Below are positions 52,475 to 64,000 of a stretch of 64,000 nt of DNA, piece after piece (the first letter of the stretch is position 1; each line of letters starts with the position of its first letter). The notes under the pieces were generated by a model. The model was given only the letters and a program-made list of their open reading frames with translations, searched no databases and was not told the DNA's origin. The DNA lies in contig OZ316896.1 of the NCBI GenBank assembly GCA_973895155.1, forward strand, positions 17,720,754 to 17,784,753. Reading direction: 5' to 3'. A program made the position numbers and the translations under genes. Origin of the DNA: Marsupella aquatica. Its lineage: Eukaryota > Plantae > Marchantiophyta.

Positions 52475-55400
52475 AACAGTTGTTTAGCCAAAGATGTCAT
52501 TATGTGAAAGACGTTGTCAAGAAAAAAGATGACATCAAATATTAAGATGTAGTTAAGAAAGAATAATTAGTTTCAATGTCAAAGACGTGGTTATGTGAAA
52601 GATGTCATCAAGTACAAAGATGTAGTTAACATGGAAGGAAGATCCTCATTGATCTTGGTGCATTGTGACCATAGTATCTTGTTTGTTTGTTTTTTAATCT
52701 CATTTGATTCTCTGTGTAATAATGGTGTGACTCTTTTCTTTCCACACTAAATTAAATTCACTTTTTGGATTATTCCTTCTCTGACATGATTTCTAATTTT
52801 TTGTGCCCTGCGTATTTGGATGACGACCACTTCAAAAAATGGCGCAACCCTTTATTATAGGAGTTAATGTCATCCATATTTTTCTCTTTGTATTTTTGCA
52901 GTGCTTTCTTGGAGGAGAATGTCCAGGTCAAGATTTTGGATCATCTCTTTAGAGCTATTCTCCTAGACTTTTGTAAAAATAATAAATACTTAGTAAATCT
53001 TTCAGGCCTTGAAGTGTAATAAGGTCCTATTTCTAGAGCATTATAGACAACTAGTTCAATACCCATGCGTTTCACAAAAGATGTCATGAAGAAAAAAGAT
53101 GTTGTGACGCCCAAGATGTCGTTAAGAGAAAATATGTTCTGATGCCCAAGATGTCGTTAAGAACAAAGATATTGTGTATAAAGATGTTGTTAAGCAAAAT
53201 AGTAAAGAAGTAAAAGGAAGTAGTTAGTCATATATGTGTTAAGTACAAAATAATTATTTTTTGAAATGAATATACACAATGAGGTCTTTATTACTTTAGT
53301 AAAGGACTGACTTCATCATGTATAACATTTTTGGTCAACTTTCTCCATCTTTACTATTTGGATGTAACACTTTTATCCTTGTAGGATATGTTGCTCTTGA
53401 AATGCGAACATACAATTAAACATGACTTAAAACCTACTTAGGAAGTTGCAATCCTACATGTTCTAAAGTTTGACCATGTGCCTTATTATTAGTCATTGCA
53501 TATGCCACTCAAACCAGGAATTGGACTCTTTGCAACATGAAGGAAGTCCCTCATCTGACATCAATGGAATATGTGGTATGAACATTATGCTCTTGCATGT
53601 TTGCCTACAAAAACTTGTGTCTCTATGACACAACCATTGATTACAGTACATATTATGAGTCGTGTCCTATTACATAATCTTGTAATTGTATGCCAAATTG
53701 AAAGAATTATGTACCGCAAGATGCCATGAACAGAAGACATGGAATCCTCTTAATCATATCCTTATGATCAAGATGTATAACATCAGCACTTCCAAGAAAA
53801 ATTAATGTTAATGTCATAACAGCAGCACTTCCAAGAAAAAATCCTTGAAAAAATCAGTGATGCTTCTAGAACTACATTCTATCTTTTGTTAGGATTTACT
53901 CTTAGGTCTAGAGTTGCGACTGTATCGTAGTTAAGGCTAACCTTAGTCGCAGACTTGGTTAGGTTAGTCATGTTGTGCACACTCTATAACCAAGCGGTGT
54001 TTGCTTGGAGAGTGGGAACTCAGGCTCATTGTTATGGAGCTAGTTGAGAGATAGAGAGAGCTTGCGCTGTGGATGCTTGGTATGGCCGGTCGGCCTAGAG
54101 TGCAGTAAAGCTCGTGTGTGTTCTCGTGGACATAGCCTCATGTGGATGTGAACCACGTATCTCTCTGTGTCAACTCTTGTGCGTTGGATGGTTCATGGGC
54201 TTGCCGTTGTGATTGTCGTCTATGCTCAACATCTTTACATAGCCGATCTGACTTTTTAATGGTAGTAAGAGTCAAAAGCTTCACCTCAATCTGGTACTTC
54301 AACACTCCTAGTGACACTTTGATGCCCTGGCAACAATATAGCATACTAGGCTGAGATGCTGCCTCCATTTCATGTTGAAGCCACAAATGAGAAGAGCATG
54401 GGAACAAAAAATGAAACTGCCTTGGCCCTGCCGATCAAAGACGCTTCACAACGCAAGCGCAAGCCCTTGTTCTTGTCAAAGTGGACTCTAGCTCCCTATG
54501 CCCTAATTCAAGCATCGTCTCCGAGATCATCTCTATATGGCATCCCAAATGTGACTCTACACCAAGCTAAGCTTGCAGCTATGGTGGACGGTCCTGTGTT
54601 GAAGCCTTTCAAAGGCTTTCTTGTGTATAGCCTTCATCAAATTGTATGGGGGAGGGCTGCAATTGTTACCAGCAAATTAACCAGGGGAACCAGGAAGCGG
54701 TACATGCATGGTCGGGCGCAATCAGCCGGGCTATGCACAAAGTGCAAGGAACGAGTTGGGGGCAGCTGACCCGCCCCAAAGTTACTAGGACCAGGATTGA
54801 AGCACATACGGCCATTGGATGTGGACGGCGGAACCTGGGTTACTTTTCTTAACCCATGGAAGAAAACAATGGCAATGTGATACATAGAAGGAGAATGGTG
54901 CCAATGTAAGTATTATGGAAGAAAAAGAGGACAATCTAATAAATCCAAGTTCTATCAAAATTCTCAATTGTTTCAACTTTTCATTCTTATCTGCCAATAG
55001 ATCATTAATTCTCCTTTAGTAGCCTATGTTTCTCCTTCTTCTTTTGCTGATCAATCTTTGTCTTTCTCATTTTCCAGCAAAACTAATATTTTTAGCATGT
55101 CTTGATGGAAGGATCTAGGTTCACCCATCATGCTTGTCTTGCTTTTGCTCTGTCCCAACCTTGATCACTGGTCTTCCTCAATATTCATCAAAGTCTCGTC
55201 TTGCTTCTGTCATGTCCCTCCTTGATCTTTGGTCTTCCTCAATATTTGTCAAACTTCTTCTACATGATGGATCAACAAGCACAAGAGCAATGCATCCAAA
55301 GACAACACTTAGACGTTGTCAGTCGCACATAAATCATAGGGTAAAATTGCACAACAAAACACGCCATTTCATGAACAAAAGAGTCTTCTGCATAGCCTAC

Positions 55401-55784
55401 CAAAATGGAGGAGTCACAAAAGAGCTTGCGAGAAGGCAGAGGAGGGAAGAAGAGGCGTTAGTCAAGAGGTCGGCAATTGGTGTACACTTTTTATAGACAG
55501 ACGGAGGAGGCAGGCAACTAGTGGGGGGGGGGGGGCAATCTAGTGGCAGATGACCGACGGTGCTAGGATCAATTCGATTGGAGGCTGAAGGGCATTCAAA
55601 GGGCAAGCGTCCGGGCCATCAAGTGGAGATACGGGCCAACTAGAGGTATGGTGTGGACGGCTACTGGCTCATGAAAAATCAGTCATTGATCTATCACATG
55701 GCACATTGTACACGGATTGCACACCCCTAAACTCTCTCTTCCCCTTCCCTTTTCCCTCATTCCCCCTTATTATCAGGGGCCTCT

Positions 55785-56248
55785 TGATTATATACATTTT
55801 TAATTAATCTTTAGACCCCTTTAATTTTAGGTATTCTAGAGTATTTTGAACTTATTTTGGCAGCCCCCTTATAAATTTTAAAGTTTATGATCTCTTAGAG
55901 ATGAAACCGACTGCTCCACCAATTGAACAAACTATTCTCATGAGTGAGAGAAATGATTCTTAAGAGCATGAACAAATAGTGTTTTAAGTGCCCCTCATGT
56001 ATCTCTTTCCTAAGTTTATGGTTTGTATTGAAATGAGTGTCATTCATAAGACACATTGAATTAAGTGCACAAATAGTAGCATGGTTGTGTCATAACTTGA
56101 CTGTACTTTTCATTGGTCACTGTGTTTTTCTTGGCAGGCATTTTACTTACATTATTTTATCCTTCTAATTATGCTCCCATATTTTATTTACTTTCAGATC
56201 ACTACAAGACAAAAAAATCAAGCATGTTCATGGATGAGCATGCTATAT
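55785..56248 (-). repeat. Right arm of the long inverted repeat, flanked by ~100-bp direct repeats (~55675-55775 and ~56286-56386)
   Basis: Reverse complement of 45279-45710. The flanking unit ending CTAAACTCTCTCTTCCCCTTCCCTTTTCCCTCATTCCCCCTTATTATCAG occurs on both sides. Confidence 0.8.
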
Positions 56249-57360
56249 ATGGCAGTTGCTTTTATAATTGAATGATACAACCAAAAAAATCAATCATTGA
56301 ACTATCACATGGCAAATTGCACATTGACTGCACACCCTAAACTCTCTCTTCCCCTTCCCTTTTCCCTCATTCCCCCTTATTATCAGCGCCCGGTCCACTC
56401 TCCTTTCCCTTCCCTTCCCTCCCCCATGCACCCTTGTTTGTATTATAGTGTAATTATGGTCTGGGCACAGGATTACCAGGCTGTAACCCTATGATCACGA
56501 AGTGAAGGAAAATTGATCCGTGGTAGCTTGAAAGCATTTTGGAGCATTCTGGTCACTGGGTTCAGACTAGAAGCCCAGCCCAGACTGTCCTCATTGTATG
56601 TCTATATGGTACAAAAAGAATTAAAGATTCTTGAGTTTCCAGGCACATGATTGTGCAAATAACAAGGAACTCCAAAAAGGGTTACACACCAGTAATTTTT
56701 ATTCTTTTATTACCACATTTATGTGTGGTATACCTATCAGCCACCCACCATCCTCAAACATCCCCTCCTCTTCCCTCCTTCCAAGTGAGTGCGTGATGCC
56801 TGCCAAACACAATGCTTTACCTGTCGGTTCTAATTGCCCACTAGTGCCACCTGTGCTGCTAGATGGCAATGTATGCACAGTTATCCGGCTCTTGTCACCC
56901 GCTGTGCCTCCAATTGCCCCATTTTGTGGGATCTCATGGTTGTTAAAATACTCAAGGATATATAAATCTGATGACCTTAGGGAATGGTTCCCACCTCTTT
57001 TGATTTTGGAAGTGGATCATCCCCCTTAAATTGCTTATTACATTTCTACTAGAACTAGTACATTCTTTCAAAGTCGAGTGCATTCCATGCCTTATGGCAG
57101 TTGCTTCTATAAATTGAATGATACAACAAAGGTGAAATTTTGAAGCTGCTTTTATAATTGAGTGATAAAACAACAAAAAAAGAATGTCAGGGTAGTTCTC
57201 TAGTAATCTACTGTGCTCTTTATCTTTGTCCTATTTGACTGTTCAGCATTCCCCCCAAACTAAACAGCTGGGCGGGGCTTGTGGTCAGCTCAGGTGGCCA
57301 GAGAGGACTTGTCACAAGTCCCTCCCCCCTGGCCCCTCTTGCAACAGGGTTTACCATGCA

Positions 57361-57477
57361 ACAGGGTTTACCAACCAGTTGCGTTCTGTTCCAATCCTTC
57401 TCAAGAGGGTTTACCAACCAGTTGCGTTCTGTTCCAATCCTTCTCAACTGGGTTTACTAACCAGTTGCGTTCTGTTG
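57361..57477. repeat. 43-bp tandem repeat, ~2.7 copies (GGGTTTACCAACCAGTTGCGTTCTGTTCCAATCCTTCTCAA..)
   Basis: Read directly; ~1.2 kb upstream of the GTPase ORF. Confidence 0.85.
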
Positions 57478-58659
57478 AGCCGTCGTAGTGTACACGTCGT
57501 GCGTTTCTTTCTTAAATCTGCGGAGGTGGGAAAGTCGATGGACTGGTTCAGCAGTCAACGATTCTCCCGCGTGGAGACTGGAGAGGGCCCCGATTTTTTG
57601 GACTCGGAGCAACTGTTAGTGTACCGAAAGATCGGAGAAAAGGTGCACATGTATAGAAACTGAAACTTTCAAGGAAATTGGGCGGTGGATTTTACCACTA
57701 CCATCGGCGGCACTCGAATTCCTACGGTAGCGCCTCAAGACTTGCCTTGCGTGAGCACGTCTTTGCGACCTTGCTTTGCCTGGAGCCTTATTAGTCTGAG
57801 TTTGGCCTGCTGCAACCCTGCACTATGTGTGGATTCGGGAGGAGCCCGGGAAGGAGAGAGGGACCGAGCGAGAGACAGAGATCGAGAGCGAGAGCGAGCA
57901 CAAAAAGTAGGGAGAATTGTGGCTGATTTGTGGATGGGGCACGTGTTTGCCGCAGCAACGAGTTTTGGGCCTGTTGATTGCCGGTGCTAATGCGTGCTGA
58001 TCGGGAGAGCTGGAATATCAAGTTGAAGCTGCAGCTGCGTTTTGTCGAGGCGATCCTCTCCTGTTTTCACCTCGCTCTGCTGTGATCTGCGGGTGAGTTT
58101 GGATGTCTCCTGGATGTAAAATTTCCGTTGTTGGCGGTAATCTTGAATCGACTGGCCTTCTTTTTGTATCGTCTTCTCTGCTCTTGACTTTCAAAACTAC
58201 TTCACGCCTTTCCTACCTTTGCACATATCACAAAGGGTCTTCCTGTCTCCCTCGGGGGTCACTCAGAACTGTGGTCACTCTTCTTCTGATTGTAAGTAAT
58301 TAGGTCAGCCCAAACTCTGAATCGAGGTTTTCATCTAGAGTGTATTATGTCAAGGAAACTTTCTCTGCCCATTGACATTCGGTCTCTTTGGACTCCCTGA
58401 AGAGAAATAGAGACTGTCAGTCCTCCAACAAAAACTGCACCTCAATTTTGCTTGAAGCTACTTCTGCTCATTCAAGTACCGATAATCGCTAGCCAGTAAC
58501 GATAATGCTTCGTACGTTCATAGTTCTTGAGCGCAGTCAATTTGGCTGGAGCTGGTTGGTCGGTAGCAACCTGCCACGCGTAATAAAATTGATCTGTCTC
58601 CTGCAGCCAGGCAGAGGATTGATCATGACTCTCTACCAACCACAGACAATATCGTCGAC

Positions 58660-60456
58660 ATGAATACGCCTTTGGAAAATCACTCTGCACCAGGCAGTGG
58701 AAGGAGTGATCATGACTGTGACGATGAAATTGAAGTAGATACACCAGGGATGAACGTGTCTCTACAACGGAAGGTACAGACTGATGATGACTCGCTACCA
58801 GCCGTGGATGAGAACAAAGATGGTGTCGTTATCCTGCTCGTGGGGAATAAAGACGCAGACAAACGAGGTGTTGTGGACTCACTAACGAAAAGTGGTACGT
58901 GGACGTCTCGTAAGACAGCCGTCGATTCCGAGGGGAAAGGGGTTCGAATTCTTACATGTCAATCTTCAGCTCATGTTATTGTTGATACTACATCCTTGAT
59001 AAACGTTAAGGGGAGGAGCCCGCTCGCAATTGCAAGGCGATGGATTTCCCGAAATTATTTAAGAAGGCTTCTAAGTGGGAAAGATGTAGTTGTCGTTTGC
59101 GTAATCACTTGCAGAGTGCAGTACACTTGTCCATGGGATATGTTCGCTTATTCCAATTGTTGGGTGGATGTCTTCGGACTTATTTTCAAAGATCACAAAG
59201 CAGCAATAATGGTCCTGGTGAACAAGGAGGATAACGATGTGCCGCAAGAAACAAAGGAAGAAGTGGCACGATTTGTGCTGGATCATGGACTTTCACCGAA
59301 GAACATCACCTATCCAAATTTGAAGGAAAGGGATAATTCCGTGAGTACTGTGATTGAAGAATGTATTCGCCAGAAGAAGAGCCCTCCGGATTGGTGGTCA
59401 CATTGGATTGGATCTCACAGAAAACTCAGTGAAAGACTGGATTTGGCCAAAGATGGAAAACGGCCACCCAGATGGAAAAGCTGTTGGCAGTTCACTAAAG
59501 ATCGATCTGATACAAACTATATTCATCGCACTGTAATGCCTTTCACAATCAATGAGGCCTTGTCACAAAAATATGAGGCCTTGTCACAAACAGAGAAGTT
59601 CGAAAACTATAAGGCCTTATCAGATAAAGAGAAGTTTGGGCCGTGGGGGCCTGAGAGGGTGATCTTGTTTGGGAGAACAGGGAGTGGGAAGTCTACACTT
59701 GCTCAAATGCTTACCTTGGGAAAGCTTGACAAGAAGAACGTGATGTTTGACCCCAACGAAGGCGTTAGAGGTGCAACAATTCGTGTGCAATCTGGTGTCG
59801 GGAGAGGATGGTATGTGCTTGATACTCCTGGCTTTGGAGAGCCCAAAGGTGAACAGAGCACAATATCTACGCCTCAAGTAGAAACCCAGATTAAAGGCTA
59901 TGTGAGGGTAGTGGAAGGTACATTCTCGCACTATATATATGTGGTGAAGTCCGGCCGATTGGATGATTTGGATCAGGCTCTTTGGAAGTTCTTTACTTTC
60001 CTATTTGGAAAGGAAATCAGCCGGCAATTTACTGTCGTGGTCTCCCAGGCTGATGAAGATTGGTTGAAGGAAAATATGGTATCATTGAAGGCGTGTTTTC
60101 CAGGCTGCGAGAGTTTTCTAGGTGCGCAATTCCCTCCTATTGATGATGAAGACGTGGAGGTGGAGGACGATAACCAAACTGTACGAACGGAATCCCTTTC
60201 AGAGCTAGAACAGAAACTGGCCACACTAAATCGAGCTGACATGTTTTGCCAGTATGGCAGATCGGCATGGACGAACATTAGGATGGAGACAGAGCGGGCC
60301 GAATTGGAGTTAGGAATAGAAAGGAGTGAAAGAATTAAATTCCTAGTCAGGGGGGCAAGCATGATGTTTGCGTGCTGCAATATCTCTCAACGTCCTTTCG
60401 CTGAACTGACTAACATGTTGAGAGTGAATGACAATATCTCTCTTGTACCTGGATGA
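58660..60456 (+). CDS. P-loop GTPase, AIG1/GIMAP-like (TRAFAC), with an N-terminal degenerate G domain; 598 aa in one uninterrupted ORF
   Basis: C-domain: G1 VILFGRTGSGKST (~59659-59697), putative G2 Thr (GATIR), G3 VLDTPG (DTPG 59821-59832), G4-like VVVSQAD. N-domain: VILLVGNKDADKR, VIVDTTS, VLVNKED. Splice acceptor CTGCAG at ~58605 just upstream of the ATG. Confidence 0.85.
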   Translation: MNTPLENHSAPGSGRSDHDCDDEIEVDTPGMNVSLQRKVQTDDDSLPAVDENKDGVVILLVGNKDADKRGVVDSLTKSGTWTSRKTAVDSEGKGVRILTCQSSAHVIVDTTSLINVKGRSPLAIARRWISRNYLRRLLSGKDVVVVCVITCRVQYTCPWDMFAYSNCWVDVFGLIFKDHKAAIMVLVNKEDNDVPQETKEEVARFVLDHGLSPKNITYPNLKERDNSVSTVIEECIRQKKSPPDWWSHWIGSHRKLSERLDLAKDGKRPPRWKSCWQFTKDRSDTNYIHRTVMPFTINEALSQKYEALSQTEKFENYKALSDKEKFGPWGPERVILFGRTGSGKSTLAQMLTLGKLDKKNVMFDPNEGVRGATIRVQSGVGRGWYVLDTPGFGEPKGEQSTISTPQVETQIKGYVRVVEGTFSHYIYVVKSGRLDDLDQALWKFFTFLFGKEISRQFTVVVSQADEDWLKENMVSLKACFPGCESFLGAQFPPIDDEDVEVEDDNQTVRTESLSELEQKLATLNRADMFCQYGRSAWTNIRMETERAELELGIERSERIKFLVRGASMMFACCNISQRPFAELTNMLRVNDNISLVPG

Positions 60457-62864
60457 TTATTTTCCGTAGGTCTTATACCCTCAGCTCGATCACGTTGGAT
60501 TCTTCAGCATTTGTATCTTTTCTTAATTCCAATTATAATGTTACATGCGAAGAGTATCCCATGCCACCAAGGTCAGCTTGAATCCACCGCCGTCGCTGAA
60601 GGCATTCATTATCAGTTAAATGTTGAAGCTGAAAGTTTTTGTAGACTGGCAGATGTTATGGAATCTTGGTCCCACAGGCGTCCTTTGAGTGTTCTCTTAC
60701 TGCACAATTGGGATTTAGTCTTTCTGTTTGCCTCACTGGTGTGGAAACTAGGATTGCAATTAAAACTGGAATTTCTCAAATCGAGGTGCAATAATGATGC
60801 AATCCTGCCCATTCTTCCCAAACCTGTGCTGGCTGCCTGTGGGTCCTGTTTGAATCTACGTGGAGGACGGCTTTGTCTTGGAAATTAACCACCTCGAGAG
60901 GTGATTTAAAACTCTTGCTTGTAGCAAGCCTCAGTTTAAGGGATACCTTTCACAGAATAGATGCATCTTCGGACATTCCATTCAGGGGATCCAACCATTC
61001 AGTTCTTTTCAACTTTCTTGGTGTGAAGGGGAAAACATGGGCGCTGGTTTTGGTTTGGTGAAATTCGAGCAAATTTCTTCCCTGGGCTTGTAAAGGCTAC
61101 ATTAGGTCGTCTTTTCCAGGGGGACAGAGTGGCGTTTTACATGTCCTAAACAAACGTTATATACAATAGTGTGCTGGGTTGTATTCTACTGGGGCACGGT
61201 AGCAGTTTTCATTGTCCAAAGCAAACTTCCATTAGTTTTTGCCACTAAGTATTTGATATTAGCATTTTGCGACACCATCAAAAGACTTCTCCTGCCACTT
61301 CGTACCATGATAAAACCACTTTCGTTTTGGTTGTTAATCATTGGTTGGCTTTCAATTTCACACTTCAAATTATACAGACTTGTGAACGCTAATAGTCCAC
61401 CAAAAGCAAGGCCCGTGAGATGCCCTTCTGCTTTAGGAGAAAGAATCGATAGTCGTCTCGCCATAACTTTTGTGCCTTTTTTTTTGCGTATCATGGAAAC
61501 TTTTCATTCACTCCCTTTGCCACCCAGGACCCCCTGTTCTGGCCAAGGGGGTGCCAACAAGACATGTGTTAGTGTTATGCAGCACCCGTTTGCCCCAACA
61601 TGAGCCTATGGAGTATTTTCCCATTTGCTCCTTTGCCATTCTACCTCATTTTGGCAAGAGGGCGCCTGACAACCAGAACTACACACTTATTGTGTGTCAC
61701 CTCCATTTGCCGCAATGGGGGTAGGGGGTGACACATGGGTACCGGAAAAGAGAACCCAAAAAGATGTGGGACCAGGATGTGGGGTTCCTCTCTCTCGTTA
61801 TTGAGTCTTTTCACATTTGTACCCTTTTCTCTTCTGCTTAAATCCCCCAGTGATTTTTCCCTCTGTGTTTTTCAGTGCACTCTTGGAATGCCCAGTCAAG
61901 ATTTGGATCACCTCTTTAGGGAGATACTCCTCTACTTTTACTAAAAAGAGTAAAAATGAATATCTCTTAGGCCTTGAAGTGCATTAAGGTTCTATTTGCA
62001 AAACATGTTGGGCAATAATCTCCACTCAAAACTTGAGCTTGAAGCTCTTGTTGTTCAAGGCAGCATATCCCACAATGCACAGGACATTAGTATATACATA
62101 ACGCTCTTGCTGATTTGTCTTCTTTGTAATTTCTAGTGTTTTATGGAGAAAATACACTGTCCATATGTGGATGGGGGCATTATGAAACCTCTCCGCTACT
62201 TTTACTGAAAGTAGTGATACTAAAACATCTCTTAGGCCCGCAATGGCCCGTTACCAGGACATTACTATATACTTATTGTGTCGGTTGTATCCTCCAGACA
62301 AACCAGAGCACTTCAGTAGACAGTATGTTCCTGTTTGGCTACCCCTTCACTTCTGCCGATTTATTTTTTAGTTTAAAAATAAATAAAATTCTTCCTGAAA
62401 ATGATGCTCGGACCACAATCTTGGTCTTTGAAAACCCCCATGGACCACATTTTGGTTTATTTACCATCATGGAATGTGGAGGGGTAAATTCTCTTAGATT
62501 AATTTCCATTGTGTTAATATGGAATATTCAGATTTGTGTTTTTTTGTGTCTCCTCCTTCTCAGGTTGCCTTGAAAGTGAAAAACTAAAAATTATCTTAAA
62601 ATTCATAATCATCAAGTTAGAAACCCACAACTCACATGGATCACCAAAATGTGGTACATGGGAGCACTATGTCCAACACAGAGGTACATGGGGGCTTCAG
62701 TTCAGTCTTTTTGGAGGTCCATCTGGGCTTCACTTTCAGTCTTCTTGGAGGTCCGTCCTGGCTTCACTTTTAGTCTTCCTAGGCAGGCAAAAAGTAAAAA
62801 GAAAGAAATTAAAGCACTTCAGCAAAAAATAAAAGAAAGAAAATAAAGCACTTCATTCAGTAGA

Positions 62865-63690
62865 GTTTGAGCTCGAGGAGAAGAGGAGAAGAGGAGCGGG
62901 GGATCGTGGATAAGGGTTTAGCGGGAGAGGAGAGGCAAAGCCTTTCGAATTACTCGTGTTCCAAGGGTTTCACGCGAATTGAAAGTTTGAACGCGATGAA
63001 AAGAAGAGAAGCACTCGCTCGCTCGCCCGTAGGGAGAGAGAGGAGGGCAAGCAGCAGCAGTGGCAGAGCTCAAGATCGAGCAGGCAAGAAGCCAGTCAGT
63101 CAGCATGTAGGGTAGCAGAGGCAGCAATGGTAGCGGCGGCCTGATAGTGTCGTCCTTCTCCTCTGTTACGATCGGTCCTCTCTCTCTCTCTCTCCGGCGT
63201 TCATTTGCGAAGCATTCATTCGTTCATTCGTTTCAGGCCTTTCGGGAGCAGGAGACGAGCCTCAGAGGGTTGGGAAGCTTTCTTTCTACGCTACTCTACT
63301 CTGTTCTGTTCTGTTGTACCCTAGAACTTGGCTTGACGTGCCTTTGCCGTTTTGATGATCGTGGCTTCGTTCTTTGGAACTTTGGGGATCTCCTGCCGTT
63401 GCCATTGTTTTGGTGGTGTTACTCCTCGTGCTCGATTTTGACTTTCGGAGTGTTCGCGGTGATCGGGGTATTAGGGCGACTGCAGCGAGTGCCGATGAGC
63501 TGAGGGCTTGGTGTCGGTTACTGGACAAATTCACGGGGAGCCGGACCAATTCTACAAGACGCAGCATGAGGCGGGCATTGTTGGATATTTAAGGGAATGG
63601 TGGGAAATTTATGCCGGGGTTGATGTAGTGCGTTGGTGGAAGACAGTCACGAGGATTGCCCAGTGCCGCCGACTGTCGACTGAACGGAGG
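62865..63690 (+). other. Probable long 5' leader of a gene continuing beyond the window
   Basis: GA-rich and CT-rich tracts, raised GC and a donor-like GAG|GTGAG at ~63690; no recognisable CDS. Confidence 0.3.
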
Positions 63691-64000
63691 TGAGAGGAAC
63701 TTTGTAGTGAGACTTACGAAGGGTTTGTGAGGCAATGGGACGAAAGGAAATTGAGGTGGGGGGGAACTGCGTGCAATGCATTTTGCGAAGGCTGTCGTAG
63801 TGTACCATATTGTTTTAATTCCCTGGGCACCCTATGTCAATTTGCCGTTCAACGAGGTTTGTCGACTATCCGTCACCCGAGGCAGGCTCTGAGCCGAATT
63901 TCATGCAAGTTCTTGCATATCTTGGGCCGTATTCCGCCTGTCCAATAGCGCAGACGAACTATCTTGAGTGTCTAAATATTTGGAAGGAGACTGTTAGATA

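Larger units (their letters stand above)
46347..53700 (-). mobile_element. Helitron remnants: two 3' termini and a decayed PIF1-like helicase C-terminus, interrupted by the Copia insertion
   Basis: Minus-strand ends GTGCAACGCACAGGTACTAAGCTAG|T (CTAG 46347-46350) and GTGAAACGCATGGGTATTGAACTAG|T (53051-53054). 53300-53700 translates, with stops and frameshifts, to RLCNRTRLII..F-MLQRVQFLV*VAYAMTNNKAHGQTLEHVGLQLPK*VLSHV*LYVRISRAT..TKNVIHDEV. Confidence 0.82.

Noticed and set aside
53887-54140. Possible solo LTR (TG...CA, TATA-like motif)
   Set aside because: No TSD, PBS, PPT or second copy in the window
54140-55300. Possible decayed LINE ORF1-like coding remnant on the minus strand
   Set aside because: Multiple stops and no motif I can name with confidence; needs TBLASTN
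57361-57477. CRISPR-like appearance of the 43-bp, 23-bp and 20-bp repeats
   Set aside because: Head-to-tail repeats with no unique spacers, no cas genes, eukaryotic context

Overview
Eukaryotic land-plant genomic DNA with spliceosomal GT-AG genes, long leaders and nested transposons; a bryophyte or liverwort origin is my inference, not proven. Left 23 kb: three paralogous DJ-1/PfpI-family genes of fungal-like type (one inverted and frameshifted, two intact, each with one intron) in mosaic segmental duplications, plus a truncated Copia element and a HAL3/PPCDC pseudogene. Middle: a multi-exon SHPRH gene (SNF2-PHD-RING, + strand) converging on a multi-exon GDT1/TMEM165 transporter gene (- strand). 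At 45-56 kb is a transposon nest: a full-length Bianca-type Copia element (identical 181-bp TG...TA LTRs, AACAG target-site duplication, half-tRNA-Ile PBS, broken ORF) inside Helitron remnants, bracketed by ~430-460-bp inverted repeats. Right end: a single-ORF 598-aa protein with a degenerate G domain followed by an intact AIG1/GIMAP-like G domain. No rRNA, tRNA or CRISPR array was found. All calls come from reading the sequence; no searches were run.
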